Assembly (NCBI GenBank): GCA_964410135.1 | Contig: CAYPFQ010000002.1 | Coordinates: forward strand, 3,265-67,264 | Length of the DNA stretch: 64,000 nucleotides | Source: an uncultured Candidatus Bathyarchaeia archaeon | GTDB lineage: Archaea > Thermoproteota > Bathyarchaeia > RBG-16-48-13 > CAYPFQ01 | Direction of reading: 5' to 3' | Part shown: in pieces, positions 9,626 through 19,772 of the stretch | Layout of the letters: each line of letters starts with the position of its first letter | How positions within the stretch are numbered: the first letter of the stretch is position 1 | Notes under the pieces: generated by a model | Database searches by the model: none | The model's input: only the letters and a program-made list of their open reading frames with translations | Told to the model about the DNA's origin: nothing | Program-made: the position numbers and the translations under genes

Positions 9626-10315
9626 TTGAAAATTGCTGTAATATCTGACATCCATTCTAACTTAGAAGCGTTTCAAGCCGTTCTTAATCACATGGGAAAG
9701 GTTGATCAAATCCTATGTATAGGTGATTTCGTGGGTTATGGAGCAAAACCGAACGAAGTCATTGAACTTATCAAACATCTAAAAATGACTGCAGTTATGG
9801 GAAATCACGATTACGCCTCATTAACAAATGATACGTCTGGCTTCAACCCTTACGCGGCTGAAGCCGCTCACTACACTCACCAAGCTCTCTCTAAGGAAAG
9901 TAAGAGTTTCTTAACCCGTCTTCCTCAAGTAGTTGAAATAGAAATTAAAGGTTACAAGTTTTACCTCGCGCATGGTAGCCCAAGGGATCCACTTAACGAG
10001 TACATCTTTCCGGGAACTGATGAAAAGCTTCTCAAAGAGTTCCTAGCCTCTACAGGGGCTGACATACTACTGCTTGGGCATACTCATATCCCGCTATTTG
10101 TCAAAATAAAAAAGGGACTGGTTCTAAATCCAGGTGGGGTAGGACAGCCTAGAGACTACGATCCTAGAGCGAGCTACGTCATTTTTACAATAAACAATAG
10201 AAAATGGTCTTTCAAAAATTATCGAGTAGAATATGCCGTAAGTAAAACAGCTTCAGAAATTCTTGCCGCAGGACTCCCTTCAATTCTTGCCGAGAGATTG
10301 TATTATGGCCAGTAG
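9626..10315 (+). CDS. Calcineurin-like metallophosphoesterase (YfcE/MJ0936-like)
   Basis: Motifs ISDIHSN, GDFVGYG, GNHD, GHTHIP. Start set at the TTG giving LKIAVISDIH. The ORF-track ORF begins at 9563, overlapping the XPD stop. Confidence 0.75.
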   Translation: MKIAVISDIHSNLEAFQAVLNHMGKVDQILCIGDFVGYGAKPNEVIELIKHLKMTAVMGNHDYASLTNDTSGFNPYAAEAAHYTHQALSKESKSFLTRLPQVVEIEIKGYKFYLAHGSPRDPLNEYIFPGTDEKLLKEFLASTGADILLLGHTHIPLFVKIKKGLVLNPGGVGQPRDYDPRASYVIFTINNRKWSFKNYRVEYAVSKTASEILAAGLPSILAERLYYGQ

Positions 10316-10318
10316 CGG

Positions 10319-11608
10319 CTAAATAGCGAAAGTATCTGAAATTCCCACCTCTCCACATTCTCTGTCAAGTTTTATTCTGCCAAACTGGACGATGCTGGCG
10401 CGCGCTTTGATTGGGGTGGCAATCCTCAAAGCAAGTTTTTTAAAATCTATCTCAACTAACCTACCTAACCCGAGAAATCTTCTCTTATCATCGAGTAAGC
10501 TGACTAATAGCCCCGTCTCATCTCCCTGCGTGGCTAAACGTATCTTCTTCCTAACACTCTTAGCGAGCCTTAAAACTACATCCTCTGCTTCGACCTCCCC
10601 TCCCCTCCTTAGAACCAGAAAGAGGGTGTGAGGTGTTTCCTCCCCATAAGCAAGTCTGCATCCCAATAAACTTTCAAACTCTCCCAGCCTTTCTGGTAAA
10701 AGCGGTCTTCCTGTGCTAATGATCGAGTTCTCGATTTTTATCCAGTTCATCGGTAGAAAACTTATTCTGGGCCCTCTCAGAAACTTCTTATAACCTAGTT
10801 CTCTTAGTCCTCTTCTTTCTTCCTTATTTCTCTCCCTAACCGCAACTGAAGCCTTTAAAGAGTAAATCTTCACCCCTTCAGCTTCGAACGCATTTAGAAT
10901 TGAGATAAGCTCACCATCCCACTGAATCCCGACAACAGCATTAGGTTTAATAGCCTTAGCAATTTCAACTTTGTAGGATTTAGCGTCATCACCTTGAACC
11001 CACCCATCGGTGTTCACAATGATAAATCTCAAACCTAGTTCTGTAGCCTCCCTCTTCAGTAAAGTCATACCATGTATGACATTAGCGGCTACATCACTTG
11101 GGCTTGTTATGCCAACAAAATAGGCATTTTTAGTTTTGACAGTGAATAAGTCTGTGATAGGGCTCTTAATCACACCTAAGCCAATTGTTGTAGGCGCACC
11201 AATATCCGCCTGCCCAATGTCTCCGTCAATAATGCCAACAGGATTCACTTTCTCTAAAGCCTTATTTGCGAGGAATGTGCAAAATGTAGTTTTTCCTGAA
11301 TCCGTATCCCCGATTACCATCACGATGCAGGGGTGTTCAAGTGTTAAAATATCTTGAACGCTCTCTATCCATGAATTGGGGATAGTGTCCCCAAAAACCT
11401 CCTTTGATTCAGCATTTTTACCTAAAACAACATCCATCAAGCTTTTCTCAGATGCATAGAAAGGCAGAACTCGCCCTCCTCTGATAACCACCCTACTTTT
11501 GATAGGGATAGATGTGCCTAGGGTTTCAGCCCTCCCTTCTATTAGAGTTACTGATGCCGGACCACTAACAAGTAGAGTTCTACCCTCTTCAAGCTCTCTT
11601 GCCACCAT
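10319..11608 (-). CDS. Polynucleotide 5'-hydroxyl kinase Clp1/Grc3 homolog
   Basis: P-loop VIGDTDSGKTTF. Three-domain Clp1 architecture, 429 aa. Confidence 0.8.
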   Translation of the reverse strand: MVARELEEGRTLLVSGPASVTLIEGRAETLGTSIPIKSRVVIRGGRVLPFYASEKSLMDVVLGKNAESKEVFGDTIPNSWIESVQDILTLEHPCIVMVIGDTDSGKTTFCTFLANKALEKVNPVGIIDGDIGQADIGAPTTIGLGVIKSPITDLFTVKTKNAYFVGITSPSDVAANVIHGMTLLKREATELGLRFIIVNTDGWVQGDDAKSYKVEIAKAIKPNAVVGIQWDGELISILNAFEAEGVKIYSLKASVAVRERNKEERRGLRELGYKKFLRGPRISFLPMNWIKIENSIISTGRPLLPERLGEFESLLGCRLAYGEETPHTLFLVLRRGGEVEAEDVVLRLAKSVRKKIRLATQGDETGLLVSLLDDKRRFLGLGRLVEIDFKKLALRIATPIKARASIVQFGRIKLDRECGEVGISDTFAI

Positions 11609-12240
11609 TATCCCCTCCTTAAGATCCTGCGGCCATTTCTTGATGCAATTTCAACTGCTGATACCGCGTCAAGCAAACCCCTTCTACGGGATGTTAAAGT
11701 TTTTGCAACCTTAGTCGTATCTTTCTCACTTACATTTTCCAAAGTCACATTAGAAGGTAGCTTTCTGTCGAGTGTCCGTATTAATGTTCGCCGGTAGGGC
11801 TCCGCGCCATCGCCGATTCTAATGATCTTCTCCAAAGCTTCCACTTCATTTAGGGTATTAACGATAGTATTTACAACATCTTTAGTACTGCGATAGATTT
11901 CCGTCTTCAAAACTTGGTCATCACAAACAACCGCAACCCCGAATGTTTTTCCAGGATCCACGCCTACGATCACCTTTCTGTAACTACTCTTTCCATGTAC
12001 TACTTGCGTTGCCCTATCAACTATCTTCACCGGGTCTTCCATCGCCTCATTGTACGTAATCACATTAGGATGGCATATTTGGATCCGCTCCTCAGCGGTG
12101 GTGATGACCACTTTAACGTACGGCGGGATGGGGTCAGTGGGCTTTAAACTTAGAAAAGGCATCCCCCTTCGTTTCATCTCATTAACTAGAGTATAGTAGG
12201 CCTTCCCAGATAGGGTAGCGATAGCTACTTGTCCATCCAT
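11608..12240 (-). CDS. Predicted RNase H-fold (RuvC/YqgF-like) protein, COG2433/DUF460-like
   Basis: YqgF-like motif VIVGVDPGKTFGVAV. Translationally coupled to clp1, a known archaeal gene pairing. Confidence 0.55.
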   Translation of the reverse strand: MDGQVAIATLSGKAYYTLVNEMKRRGMPFLSLKPTDPIPPYVKVVITTAEERIQICHPNVITYNEAMEDPVKIVDRATQVVHGKSSYRKVIVGVDPGKTFGVAVVCDDQVLKTEIYRSTKDVVNTIVNTLNEVEALEKIIRIGDGAEPYRRTLIRTLDRKLPSNVTLENVSEKDTTKVAKTLTSRRRGLLDAVSAVEIASRNGRRILRRG

Positions 12241-12313
12241 GCGCCAGACATCTCAGTTACTTAGACGAAACTATTAATCATAGAATGAATATTGGCTTTT
12301 TTGGTCGTGCATA

Positions 12314-13018
12314 TTGGAGACTCATGCTATGGACATCATGTCGACAGGTTGCCATGCATTTGATCGAGTTGTTAGGGGTGGTTTTCCAGTTGGGCACGTG
12401 TCTCTTATTTATGGAGAGGCTGGCACTGGTAAAACAACAATAGCCATTCAATGTGCGGTCAACTGTGCTAGAAGGCGGTTCAAGACACTTTTTATAGACG
12501 CTGATAATACATTTCCGCCAGCCCGTCTGGCTCAAATTGCTCAATACGATCTCGATACAGTTTCCCCTCAAATTCTGGTTTTTACTCCACAAAAATTCAA
12601 AGAGCAAATACACCTAATTGAAAACCTAGATTCCTTCCTCACACCAAATGTTGCACTAATTGTAGTAGACACGATCACTTCGCTATATCGCGTAGAACTA
12701 GGTTCATCCGAAGAGATATTCGCATTGAACAGGGAGCTAAACCGTCAGCTTGCCTATCTAGTTGATATTGCTAAAGCCAAAAAAGTAGCAGTACTTCTCA
12801 TCAGCCAAGTACATGGTGTTATGAGTGAAAGTACCGAGGTTGAACCTGTAGCTATGCGAATTCTAAATTTCCAGTCCAAAATAATTGTCAAGTTGAGAAA
12901 AACTTCAGTAGTAGGTGTTGTGGAAGCAATTTTAGAAAAGTTTTTAGATATGAAGCATCCGCAGACGAATTCTAAATTTAAGCTAACTGAGACGGGCATT
13001 CAAGATGTGAAGCGCTAG
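12314..13018 (+). CDS. RecA-superfamily ATPase, RadB / RadA-paralog (KaiC-like)
   Basis: Walker A GEAGTGKTT and Walker B VALIVVD. About 234 aa, single RecA core. Confidence 0.75.
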   Translation: METHAMDIMSTGCHAFDRVVRGGFPVGHVSLIYGEAGTGKTTIAIQCAVNCARRRFKTLFIDADNTFPPARLAQIAQYDLDTVSPQILVFTPQKFKEQIHLIENLDSFLTPNVALIVVDTITSLYRVELGSSEEIFALNRELNRQLAYLVDIAKAKKVAVLLISQVHGVMSESTEVEPVAMRILNFQSKIIVKLRKTSVVGVVEAILEKFLDMKHPQTNSKFKLTETGIQDVKR

Positions 13019-13036
13019 CTCTTAGATGAGGTTTGT

Positions 13037-13522
13037 TTGATGTACGTAGACATGTTCACTCTCGTATATGCTGTATACTATATTTTGCCAGCATACCTTG
13101 CAAATGCTCTGCCCACAATTTTAGGTGGTAAAACACCAATCGATCTTGGAAGGGGCTTTCTAGATGGGCGTCCAATTTTTGGTAAACATAAAACAATCCG
13201 AGGTCTTCTCGGTGGACTAGCTGTTGGAGTCATCACAGCATTTCTACAGAACTCATTGATTGTTGGTGGAGCTCTAACAATTGGAGCTCTTCTAGGTGAT
13301 TTGGGAGGGGCATTCATTAAAAGAAGATTAGCCTTTTTACCTGGACAGCCATTCCCAATTCTTGATCAACTTGATTTTATAGTAGGTGCTTTTCTAGTGG
13401 TCTCAGTAGTGTCAATTCCAAACATAGGAACGGTCTTTTCTATAATTCTCATCACACCAATAGTTCACATGGTCGCCAACACTTTTGCGTATCTTCTGGG
13501 AATAAAGGAGACGCCGTGGTAG
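13037..13522 (+). CDS. carS: CDP-archaeol synthase (DUF46)
   Basis: 161-aa polytopic membrane protein with the conserved PIDLG..GK.KT.RG motif of CarS. Confidence 0.7.
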   Translation: MMYVDMFTLVYAVYYILPAYLANALPTILGGKTPIDLGRGFLDGRPIFGKHKTIRGLLGGLAVGVITAFLQNSLIVGGALTIGALLGDLGGAFIKRRLAFLPGQPFPILDQLDFIVGAFLVVSVVSIPNIGTVFSIILITPIVHMVANTFAYLLGIKETPW

Positions 13523-13888
13523 TTAGCCATAAATCTTTAGAGCCAACAGCGCCTCGCATCCGATAAACGCTATCAGGATCATGGCGATTCCTATCAAAAG
13601 CGAAATCCACGCCTGTCTTCGCCTGTACGCCTGCCTCGTACTTCTAAACAGTAGATAAAATCCGACTATACCTATTATGTAAAAGATCATCGAGTATACA
13701 CTCTCAGATAACGTCTGCCCAGCTAAATTATATCTAATAAAGAATGCCCACTGTTGTTCTCCGGGGCCAGGCACGATCATCGGGATATTTCTTTCAACAA
13801 AGTCGTAAACCCCGCCACCAAACAGGAAGACCGTTACGATAACCAGTGTCGCAATCCAGATGTATTCCGGCGGTTTTAGGATGCGCAA
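13523..13888 (-). CDS. Hypothetical membrane protein
   Basis: Three or four hydrophobic segments. No known motif. Confidence 0.4.
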   Translation of the reverse strand: MRILKPPEYIWIATLVIVTVFLFGGGVYDFVERNIPMIVPGPGEQQWAFFIRYNLAGQTLSESVYSMIFYIIGIVGFYLLFRSTRQAYRRRQAWISLLIGIAMILIAFIGCEALLALKIYG

Positions 13889-13943
13889 GCGAGGGATATA
13901 GAAAAATCTAATTTTTCTAAAGGTCCATCTACGCTTAATCCAG

Positions 13944-14204
13944 CTATCTGTATTTCGGCTGGTCGTACGCGCTCCTCCTCTTTTGAAGATAGTCCACTAT
14001 TTCTCTTACCCATAATCCAGTATTTGGATTTTTAGCAACTGCGTCCAAGTATTTTTCCCAAGAAATTTTTAAGGCCCTAGTCCACTGTTCATATCCCTGA
14101 ATCACGTTTTGCTGGGTCTTCTTATGCGCTTCACAAAACTCATCCCCCTCTGTCTTTCTGCCGCAGACTAAGCACTTTCTCGCGTTTTTTCCTATGCTTC
14201 CCAT
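13944..14204 (-). CDS. Small zinc-finger protein (CxxC..C..H), co-transcribed with topA
   Basis: CLVCGRKTEGDEFCEAH. Overlaps the topA stop by 13 nt. Confidence 0.45.
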   Translation of the reverse strand: MGSIGKNARKCLVCGRKTEGDEFCEAHKKTQQNVIQGYEQWTRALKISWEKYLDAVAKNPNTGLWVREIVDYLQKRRSAYDQPKYR

Positions 14205-16303
14205 CGCTCCTTCCTCTTCTCCTTCTCCTGTCTAGCAGGGCAGTCTGGGTTAAAGCATAAATTCCAAGGTCGGCGTCTGCCATAAATTTTTACAAGGACC
14301 ATTGGCCACTGGCATCTAGGACAACTCTTCCTCAAGGGTTTAACAAGAGCTTTCTGGGGCAACGGGAACCCAGTTTTGCAGATCTTGTTAAAGTAGTTCG
14401 AGCATCCGATGAATTGTTTTCTCGTCTTTCTTGACCGCAGAATCAGAAGTTTTCCTGTTCTGCAAATCGGGCAACTACCAACGGTTATTTCTTGCATTCG
14501 CGCCCTTCTGATCGCTTCGCTTAGCTCTTCACCTATTTCCTTCTCTCTAGATTTGAATTCTTCAAGGATAGGCTTCAGTCTACTAATCGCATCGTCTAAC
14601 ACATTTTCCCGTTCTTCTTTACCAACCTCAATTTTTTCCATTCTCTCCTCAAGCTCACGGGTCAGATCCACTGAAACTATTTTTCCACAGTATTTTTCTA
14701 AGATGTCAGTCACATAGAACCCGAGGTCTGTGACAAGCATTCTCTCATCTTGAACATAATTCCTATTGTATAGGGTATCAATAATCTCAGCGCGGGTCGC
14801 CTTAGTTCCGATAGCTTGATCTTCCATTAACTTTAGTAAGCTACTTGGATTGTAACGAGGTGGGGGAGAGGTAAACCTATCCTCGCGAGCCACCTCTTTA
14901 AACAGGATTTTTTGACCCTTTTCAATGGAGGGTAGTACGACTTCGTCGCTCTTCACATAGGGCGCATAGCACTTCAACCAACCCTCCTTCAAAACTCTTC
15001 TGCCGTGGAGATAGAATGTGTAGCCATTAATGTTGAGAGTAATCTTCACTGTCTGCTTTAATGCAGGTTCTCCGAACACTGCAACAAACCGTCTTACAAC
15101 TAGGTCGAAAATCTTTTGCTCACCTGCCTCCAATGGTTTTTCTGGCAAAGCGCCTGTGGGATAAATCGCTGGATGTGCAGGGTCTTCCTTTTCTCCTTCA
15201 TTTGGTTTTAGCTCTCCTTTTGTAGCTAGCTCCGATATGAGAAGTTTGTATGTCTTATCTTGACTTAGTGAGGCAAAAATTTCATGATAGTTAATTACTG
15301 GTGGAAGTTTTTGGCTACTAGTCCTCGGGTATGAGATCAATGTTGCTAAATAAAGTCTTTCAGCTATGCCTAGGGTTCTACTTGGGATGAATCCGAATAG
15401 TCTATAGGACTCGGATTGTAGTCCGCTTATGTCGAAAGGTACTGGGGGCATTTGTCTAAACTCTTTGAACTCAATGTCTTTTACCTCCCCCATTTTTCCG
15501 TTGCATGCTTCTACTATTTTGTCAGCCTCAGCTTCTGTCTCAATTCTTTCCTTCTCGAATTGTACCTCATAACTTGTTCCATTGAGTTCAATAGATGCCT
15601 TTATAGTCCAAAATGGAATTGGGACATAACTTCTAATCTCCTTCTCCCTATCAACCAAGAACCGTAATGTTGGGCCTTGAACTCTTCCAGTACTCAATAT
15701 GACGTATTTTTTACTCCAGTTCTTAGCGGCTAAGGTGAGTGCACGCGATAGGTTTATGCCATAAAGCCAGTCCACTTCATGTCTTGTCCTTCCAGCCGTA
15801 ACCAGTGGAAAGTCTAGGTGAGGCATGAGGTCTTGGTATGCACGTTGAAGCTCCTTTTTTGTGAGTGTGGAGTATTTCATTCGTTTCGCATCATTCTCAC
15901 GGTTGTCGCACGCGTATTTCAGAATCATGTAGCCAATTAAACTCCCTTCAATATCGTAGTCGCAGGCGTTAACGAATCCATTTGCGTTTTTATCTAACTC
16001 AGAGATTGTGTTGATCCATACTTCAATCTGCTTCGCGCCTCTCTCCGCCATGTGTCTTGGGGCCCATTTAAAGTTGAACACTGGATAATGATCGCGTTCG
16101 CCGCTTTCTTGGGTTATTGTATACAGGTGACCTAGTGCTGGGACGACAACAATCTTAGCGTTAGCTCTTTTCGCTTCGAAATATGGGACCTTCTTTTTCA
16201 CTGTTTTCTTAGGTTTCCCATTGTCATCTAATGCCTGTGCGATCCGCAAGGCAGCGTCGGGTTTCTCTGCTATAATAAGCGTGTGAGAATCTTTTTCTTC
16301 CAC
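14192..16303 (-). CDS. topA: DNA topoisomerase I (type IA) with C-terminal zinc ribbons
   Basis: Toprim/type IA core, and C-terminal CPICR/CPRCQ/CFNPDC zinc ribbons. Confidence 0.85.
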   Translation of the reverse strand: MEEKDSHTLIIAEKPDAALRIAQALDDNGKPKKTVKKKVPYFEAKRANAKIVVVPALGHLYTITQESGERDHYPVFNFKWAPRHMAERGAKQIEVWINTISELDKNANGFVNACDYDIEGSLIGYMILKYACDNRENDAKRMKYSTLTKKELQRAYQDLMPHLDFPLVTAGRTRHEVDWLYGINLSRALTLAAKNWSKKYVILSTGRVQGPTLRFLVDREKEIRSYVPIPFWTIKASIELNGTSYEVQFEKERIETEAEADKIVEACNGKMGEVKDIEFKEFRQMPPVPFDISGLQSESYRLFGFIPSRTLGIAERLYLATLISYPRTSSQKLPPVINYHEIFASLSQDKTYKLLISELATKGELKPNEGEKEDPAHPAIYPTGALPEKPLEAGEQKIFDLVVRRFVAVFGEPALKQTVKITLNINGYTFYLHGRRVLKEGWLKCYAPYVKSDEVVLPSIEKGQKILFKEVAREDRFTSPPPRYNPSSLLKLMEDQAIGTKATRAEIIDTLYNRNYVQDERMLVTDLGFYVTDILEKYCGKIVSVDLTRELEERMEKIEVGKEERENVLDDAISRLKPILEEFKSREKEIGEELSEAIRRARMQEITVGSCPICRTGKLLILRSRKTRKQFIGCSNYFNKICKTGFPLPQKALVKPLRKSCPRCQWPMVLVKIYGRRRPWNLCFNPDCPARQEKEKRKERWEA

Positions 16304-16350
16304 ACAGGTAACTCCTTCGGCTCATGGTTTAAAGAGGAAACTTAAAATGT

Positions 16351-16557
16351 TTGTGTATTATTCCCTCTTTGATGTCATTCGGAGCTTGTGTTATGCCACA
16401 ACATATTGTATGCGAAAATTGTGGGGCAGTTTTGTATACAGGATTGGAGCTCAAGCCTCCTAGTGAGGTTATTCAGCAATACAATCATGTCTGCCCACGA
16501 TGTGGCAAAAGACTATCGTTTGGACTTGAAAAAGTGAATATCGTGAAAGTCGAATAG
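16351..16557 (+). CDS. Possible small zinc-ribbon protein
   Basis: CENCG...CPRCG ribbon, probably starting at the internal Met (MPQHIV). Short and unverified. Confidence 0.3.
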   Translation: MCIIPSLMSFGACVMPQHIVCENCGAVLYTGLELKPPSEVIQQYNHVCPRCGKRLSFGLEKVNIVKVE

Positions 16558-16574
16558 CTTTCGAAAAGTCAACT

Positions 16575-19500
16575 TCATTTAACCATAACAATTCTTATTA
16601 TTTCGCCTTCGAAATCCCACTCTCTCTCATAAGCTCCACTTGGTTTAGCGAATTTTCCAGGAGGCACTATTTGGAATTTCTTCGCTCTGACCTCTGTCAT
16701 CACATAGTTCCGCATTTCATCTAGCAACTTAGCTGTTTCTTCCTCTTGTGGTTGGACAATCAATGTGACGTGTGCCTCGATTCTAAGTTTCATCTCTTTG
16801 CGCATGACTTGGGCTCTTCTTACAAGTTCTCTAGCAAGGGCTTCTGCCAACAATTCAGGGGTTCTAGTAGTGTTAATGTAAACCCTGCATTGTTTCGACT
16901 CAGCCATGACAATGTTGGTTGGCAGTTCTTCCTTAAATGAAACGTCATTAGACGTTAATTCAACATACGATCCATCCTTAAGCTTGAGTCTATAAACTTT
17001 TTTCTCAGCTATCTCCTCCATTACCTTCTGGGCATCAGAGACCTTCAGAAGCGTTTCCACTTCAGCAATCTTATCACGCAGCCGAGGACCAAGCGTAGCA
17101 TAATTTAACTCAACTGCTGTTTTGGCAAATTCAGGCCTCTGTCTTGGTGATAGCACTCTTAATTCCTTGGAATTAATCTGCTCCCGCAAAACTTCTTTAA
17201 GTAGAACAGCCGCTTTTCTCGTCCTAGCATTCGATGGAATAAATACAACCTCTCTAACTGGCCATCTAAGTTTCAACCGCGCTTTCTGTCGAGCACTATA
17301 GGCAGTGGATATAAGCTCCTTTACAGTCTCCATGGCCGCCTCCAGATCTAGATCAGTCCATCTCAGGTTTGCCTTAGGCCAAGCGCAAAGGTGAACGCTC
17401 TCAGGTAAGCGGGGTTCAGCGTTCTTCACAGGTTCTCTATAGAGTTTTTCTACAATAAATGGAGTGAAGGGTGCCATAAGTACTAGCAGAGTTTTTAAAG
17501 CCTCGTAGAGACTTGCGTATGCTGCCAGTTTATCTGGATCTTCCTTCTCTATCCATGTTCTTCTTCGAATGAGTCTCACATACCAGCGACTCAGATCTTC
17601 AAGTATGAACGTGTTTAAGGCTCTTGCCGCTTCATGGAAGTGATAGTCCTCTAGGAAAGAAGTCGTGTTCTTTACTAAACTCTGAGTCCTACTTAGAATC
17701 CACCTGTCTTCTGGTCTCAGATGTTTCCGAAGCGAGTCCACGTTCCATTTTACAGGATCAAATTTATCCAGATTCATATACGTGCTTGCAAAATTATAAG
17801 TATTCCACAGAATGTTTAGTGAGGTCTGTGCTTTTTCTAGTTCATTCCACGAGAAGCTGAAATCGTCCCAAACCGTGTACTGAAGTTCATAGAACCGTAA
17901 AATATCACTACCATACTTTTTAATGACATCTTCAGGAGCTATGAAATTGCCCAATGACTTGCTCATTCTCTGCCCTTTTTCGTCAAGGACATGCCCATGC
18001 ATCACCACGCATTTGTACGGCGATCGGTTAAAGGTTGCAATGCCTGCTCCTAGCTGGCTATAGAACCATCCCCGTGTCTGGTCATGGGCTTCGATGATGA
18101 AATCAGCTGGCCACCAGGTTTCAAATTCACTCTTAACAGTTGGATAACTAAGCGACGCCCAAGAAGCTGCACCTGAATCCATCCAAACATCAAGAACATC
18201 GGGGGTTCTCCGCATAGTCCCTCCGCAAGGACATTTTAACTGTACATGATCAACCCACGGTTTGTGTGGTTCAAATCGCTTCGGTATGGCGATGGCTCTC
18301 TGCTTTAATTCATTGAGCGAACCGAAAACTTCTTTGCGTCCACATTTTTCGCAGAGCCAAAATGGCAGAGGCACGCCCCAGTATCGCTGCCTAGAAATAA
18401 CCCAGTCCCTCGCTCCAAGCAGCCAATCCTTGAAACGTCTTGTTCCTGCCCAATCAGGGACCCATCTAAGTTTTTTGTTTTCTTTCAGCATTTTATCTTT
18501 AAACTTAATGACCTTTATGAACCACTGTTCAGCGGCCCTTAGAAACAGAGGGGTCTTACATCTCCAGCAGTGTGGATATTTGTGGTCGACGACTCCTCCA
18601 TAGAGTAATAGTCCTTTTTTTCGTAGATCTTCTATTACAAATTTGTTAGCTTCTTTGACGTACATGCCGCTGTATTTTCCAGCTTCAATTGTAAAGGTTC
18701 CAGTTTGATCTACTGGAGAAACTACTGGCAGCCCATATTGTAAGCCAACTTCAAAATCCTCTTCTCCGTGTCCCGGTGCACTATGTACGCAGCCCGTTCC
18801 CTCTTCAAGGGTTACATACGCTTTGCTTAAGACTACTCGATGCGCATTCTTAATTTTTGATTGGAGTGTGACTTCCTCTAGAAGGGCTGGTCTATAGCGA
18901 AGTCCTTCCAATTTTCTGCCTGGAAATGTCTCAAGAACTTTATAATCAAGTCCAATTTCACCAAAAACGGGACTGCATCTAGCTTCAGCTAAGATCAAAA
19001 CCTCCCCTTCGACTTCGACACGCGCGTAGGTGTACTCCGGGTGCACCATGATGGCTACGTTGCTTGGTAATGTCCATGGGGTCGTCGTCCAGATTAGGAT
19101 GTACTCGTTCTTCTTTCCAACAACTGGGAACTTCACATAGATCGAGGGATCCCGTACAAATCTGTACTCATCTGTTATTTCATAGCCTGCTAATGCTGTT
19201 TCACATCTAGGGCACCAATGCACAATCCTAAGACCTCTGTCTAAAAGTCCCCCCTCATCTACTTTCTTCAGCGTCCACCAGACCGATTCTATGTACTTGT
19301 CAAGATATGTCAAGTAGGGACTGTCCCAATCCATCCAGATGCCAAGCTCTTTGAAGATTGCTGTCTGAATTTTCTCAAATTTTACCGCGAATTTTTTACA
19401 TTCCTTTATGAAACGCCCTACACCGATTTTTTCTTCGATCTCTTTCTTTGTTTTTACACCAAGCATCTCCTCAACCCTTACTTCGATCGGTAGCCCATGG

Positions 19501-19772
19501 CAATCGTATCCTGGCTGGTCACGGACATCGTAGCCCTGCATTCTTCGAAATCGAATTACAAGGTCTTTCATGACCTTATTCCAAGCAGTACCCACATGTG
19601 GTTGATTTGTAACGTAGGGGGGGCCATCTAAGAAATAGAATTTTCTACCCTTTCGTCTGTTTTTCTTAGCCTTTACGTATATCTTGTTCTTGTTCCACCA
19701 TTGGGCTATGCTTTTCTCGATCTCTTTCGGGTTGTATGCTCCTGTGATTAAACCCACGTATCGCCTAGGCAC
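16575..19772 (-). CDS. ileS: Isoleucyl-tRNA synthetase
   Basis: HIGH-like PHVGTAWN and KMSKS motifs. 1065 aa with editing and zinc domains. Confidence 0.95.
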   Translation of the reverse strand: MPRRYVGLITGAYNPKEIEKSIAQWWNKNKIYVKAKKNRRKGRKFYFLDGPPYVTNQPHVGTAWNKVMKDLVIRFRRMQGYDVRDQPGYDCHGLPIEVRVEEMLGVKTKKEIEEKIGVGRFIKECKKFAVKFEKIQTAIFKELGIWMDWDSPYLTYLDKYIESVWWTLKKVDEGGLLDRGLRIVHWCPRCETALAGYEITDEYRFVRDPSIYVKFPVVGKKNEYILIWTTTPWTLPSNVAIMVHPEYTYARVEVEGEVLILAEARCSPVFGEIGLDYKVLETFPGRKLEGLRYRPALLEEVTLQSKIKNAHRVVLSKAYVTLEEGTGCVHSAPGHGEEDFEVGLQYGLPVVSPVDQTGTFTIEAGKYSGMYVKEANKFVIEDLRKKGLLLYGGVVDHKYPHCWRCKTPLFLRAAEQWFIKVIKFKDKMLKENKKLRWVPDWAGTRRFKDWLLGARDWVISRQRYWGVPLPFWLCEKCGRKEVFGSLNELKQRAIAIPKRFEPHKPWVDHVQLKCPCGGTMRRTPDVLDVWMDSGAASWASLSYPTVKSEFETWWPADFIIEAHDQTRGWFYSQLGAGIATFNRSPYKCVVMHGHVLDEKGQRMSKSLGNFIAPEDVIKKYGSDILRFYELQYTVWDDFSFSWNELEKAQTSLNILWNTYNFASTYMNLDKFDPVKWNVDSLRKHLRPEDRWILSRTQSLVKNTTSFLEDYHFHEAARALNTFILEDLSRWYVRLIRRRTWIEKEDPDKLAAYASLYEALKTLLVLMAPFTPFIVEKLYREPVKNAEPRLPESVHLCAWPKANLRWTDLDLEAAMETVKELISTAYSARQKARLKLRWPVREVVFIPSNARTRKAAVLLKEVLREQINSKELRVLSPRQRPEFAKTAVELNYATLGPRLRDKIAEVETLLKVSDAQKVMEEIAEKKVYRLKLKDGSYVELTSNDVSFKEELPTNIVMAESKQCRVYINTTRTPELLAEALARELVRRAQVMRKEMKLRIEAHVTLIVQPQEEETAKLLDEMRNYVMTEVRAKKFQIVPPGKFAKPSGAYEREWDFEGEIIRIVMVK

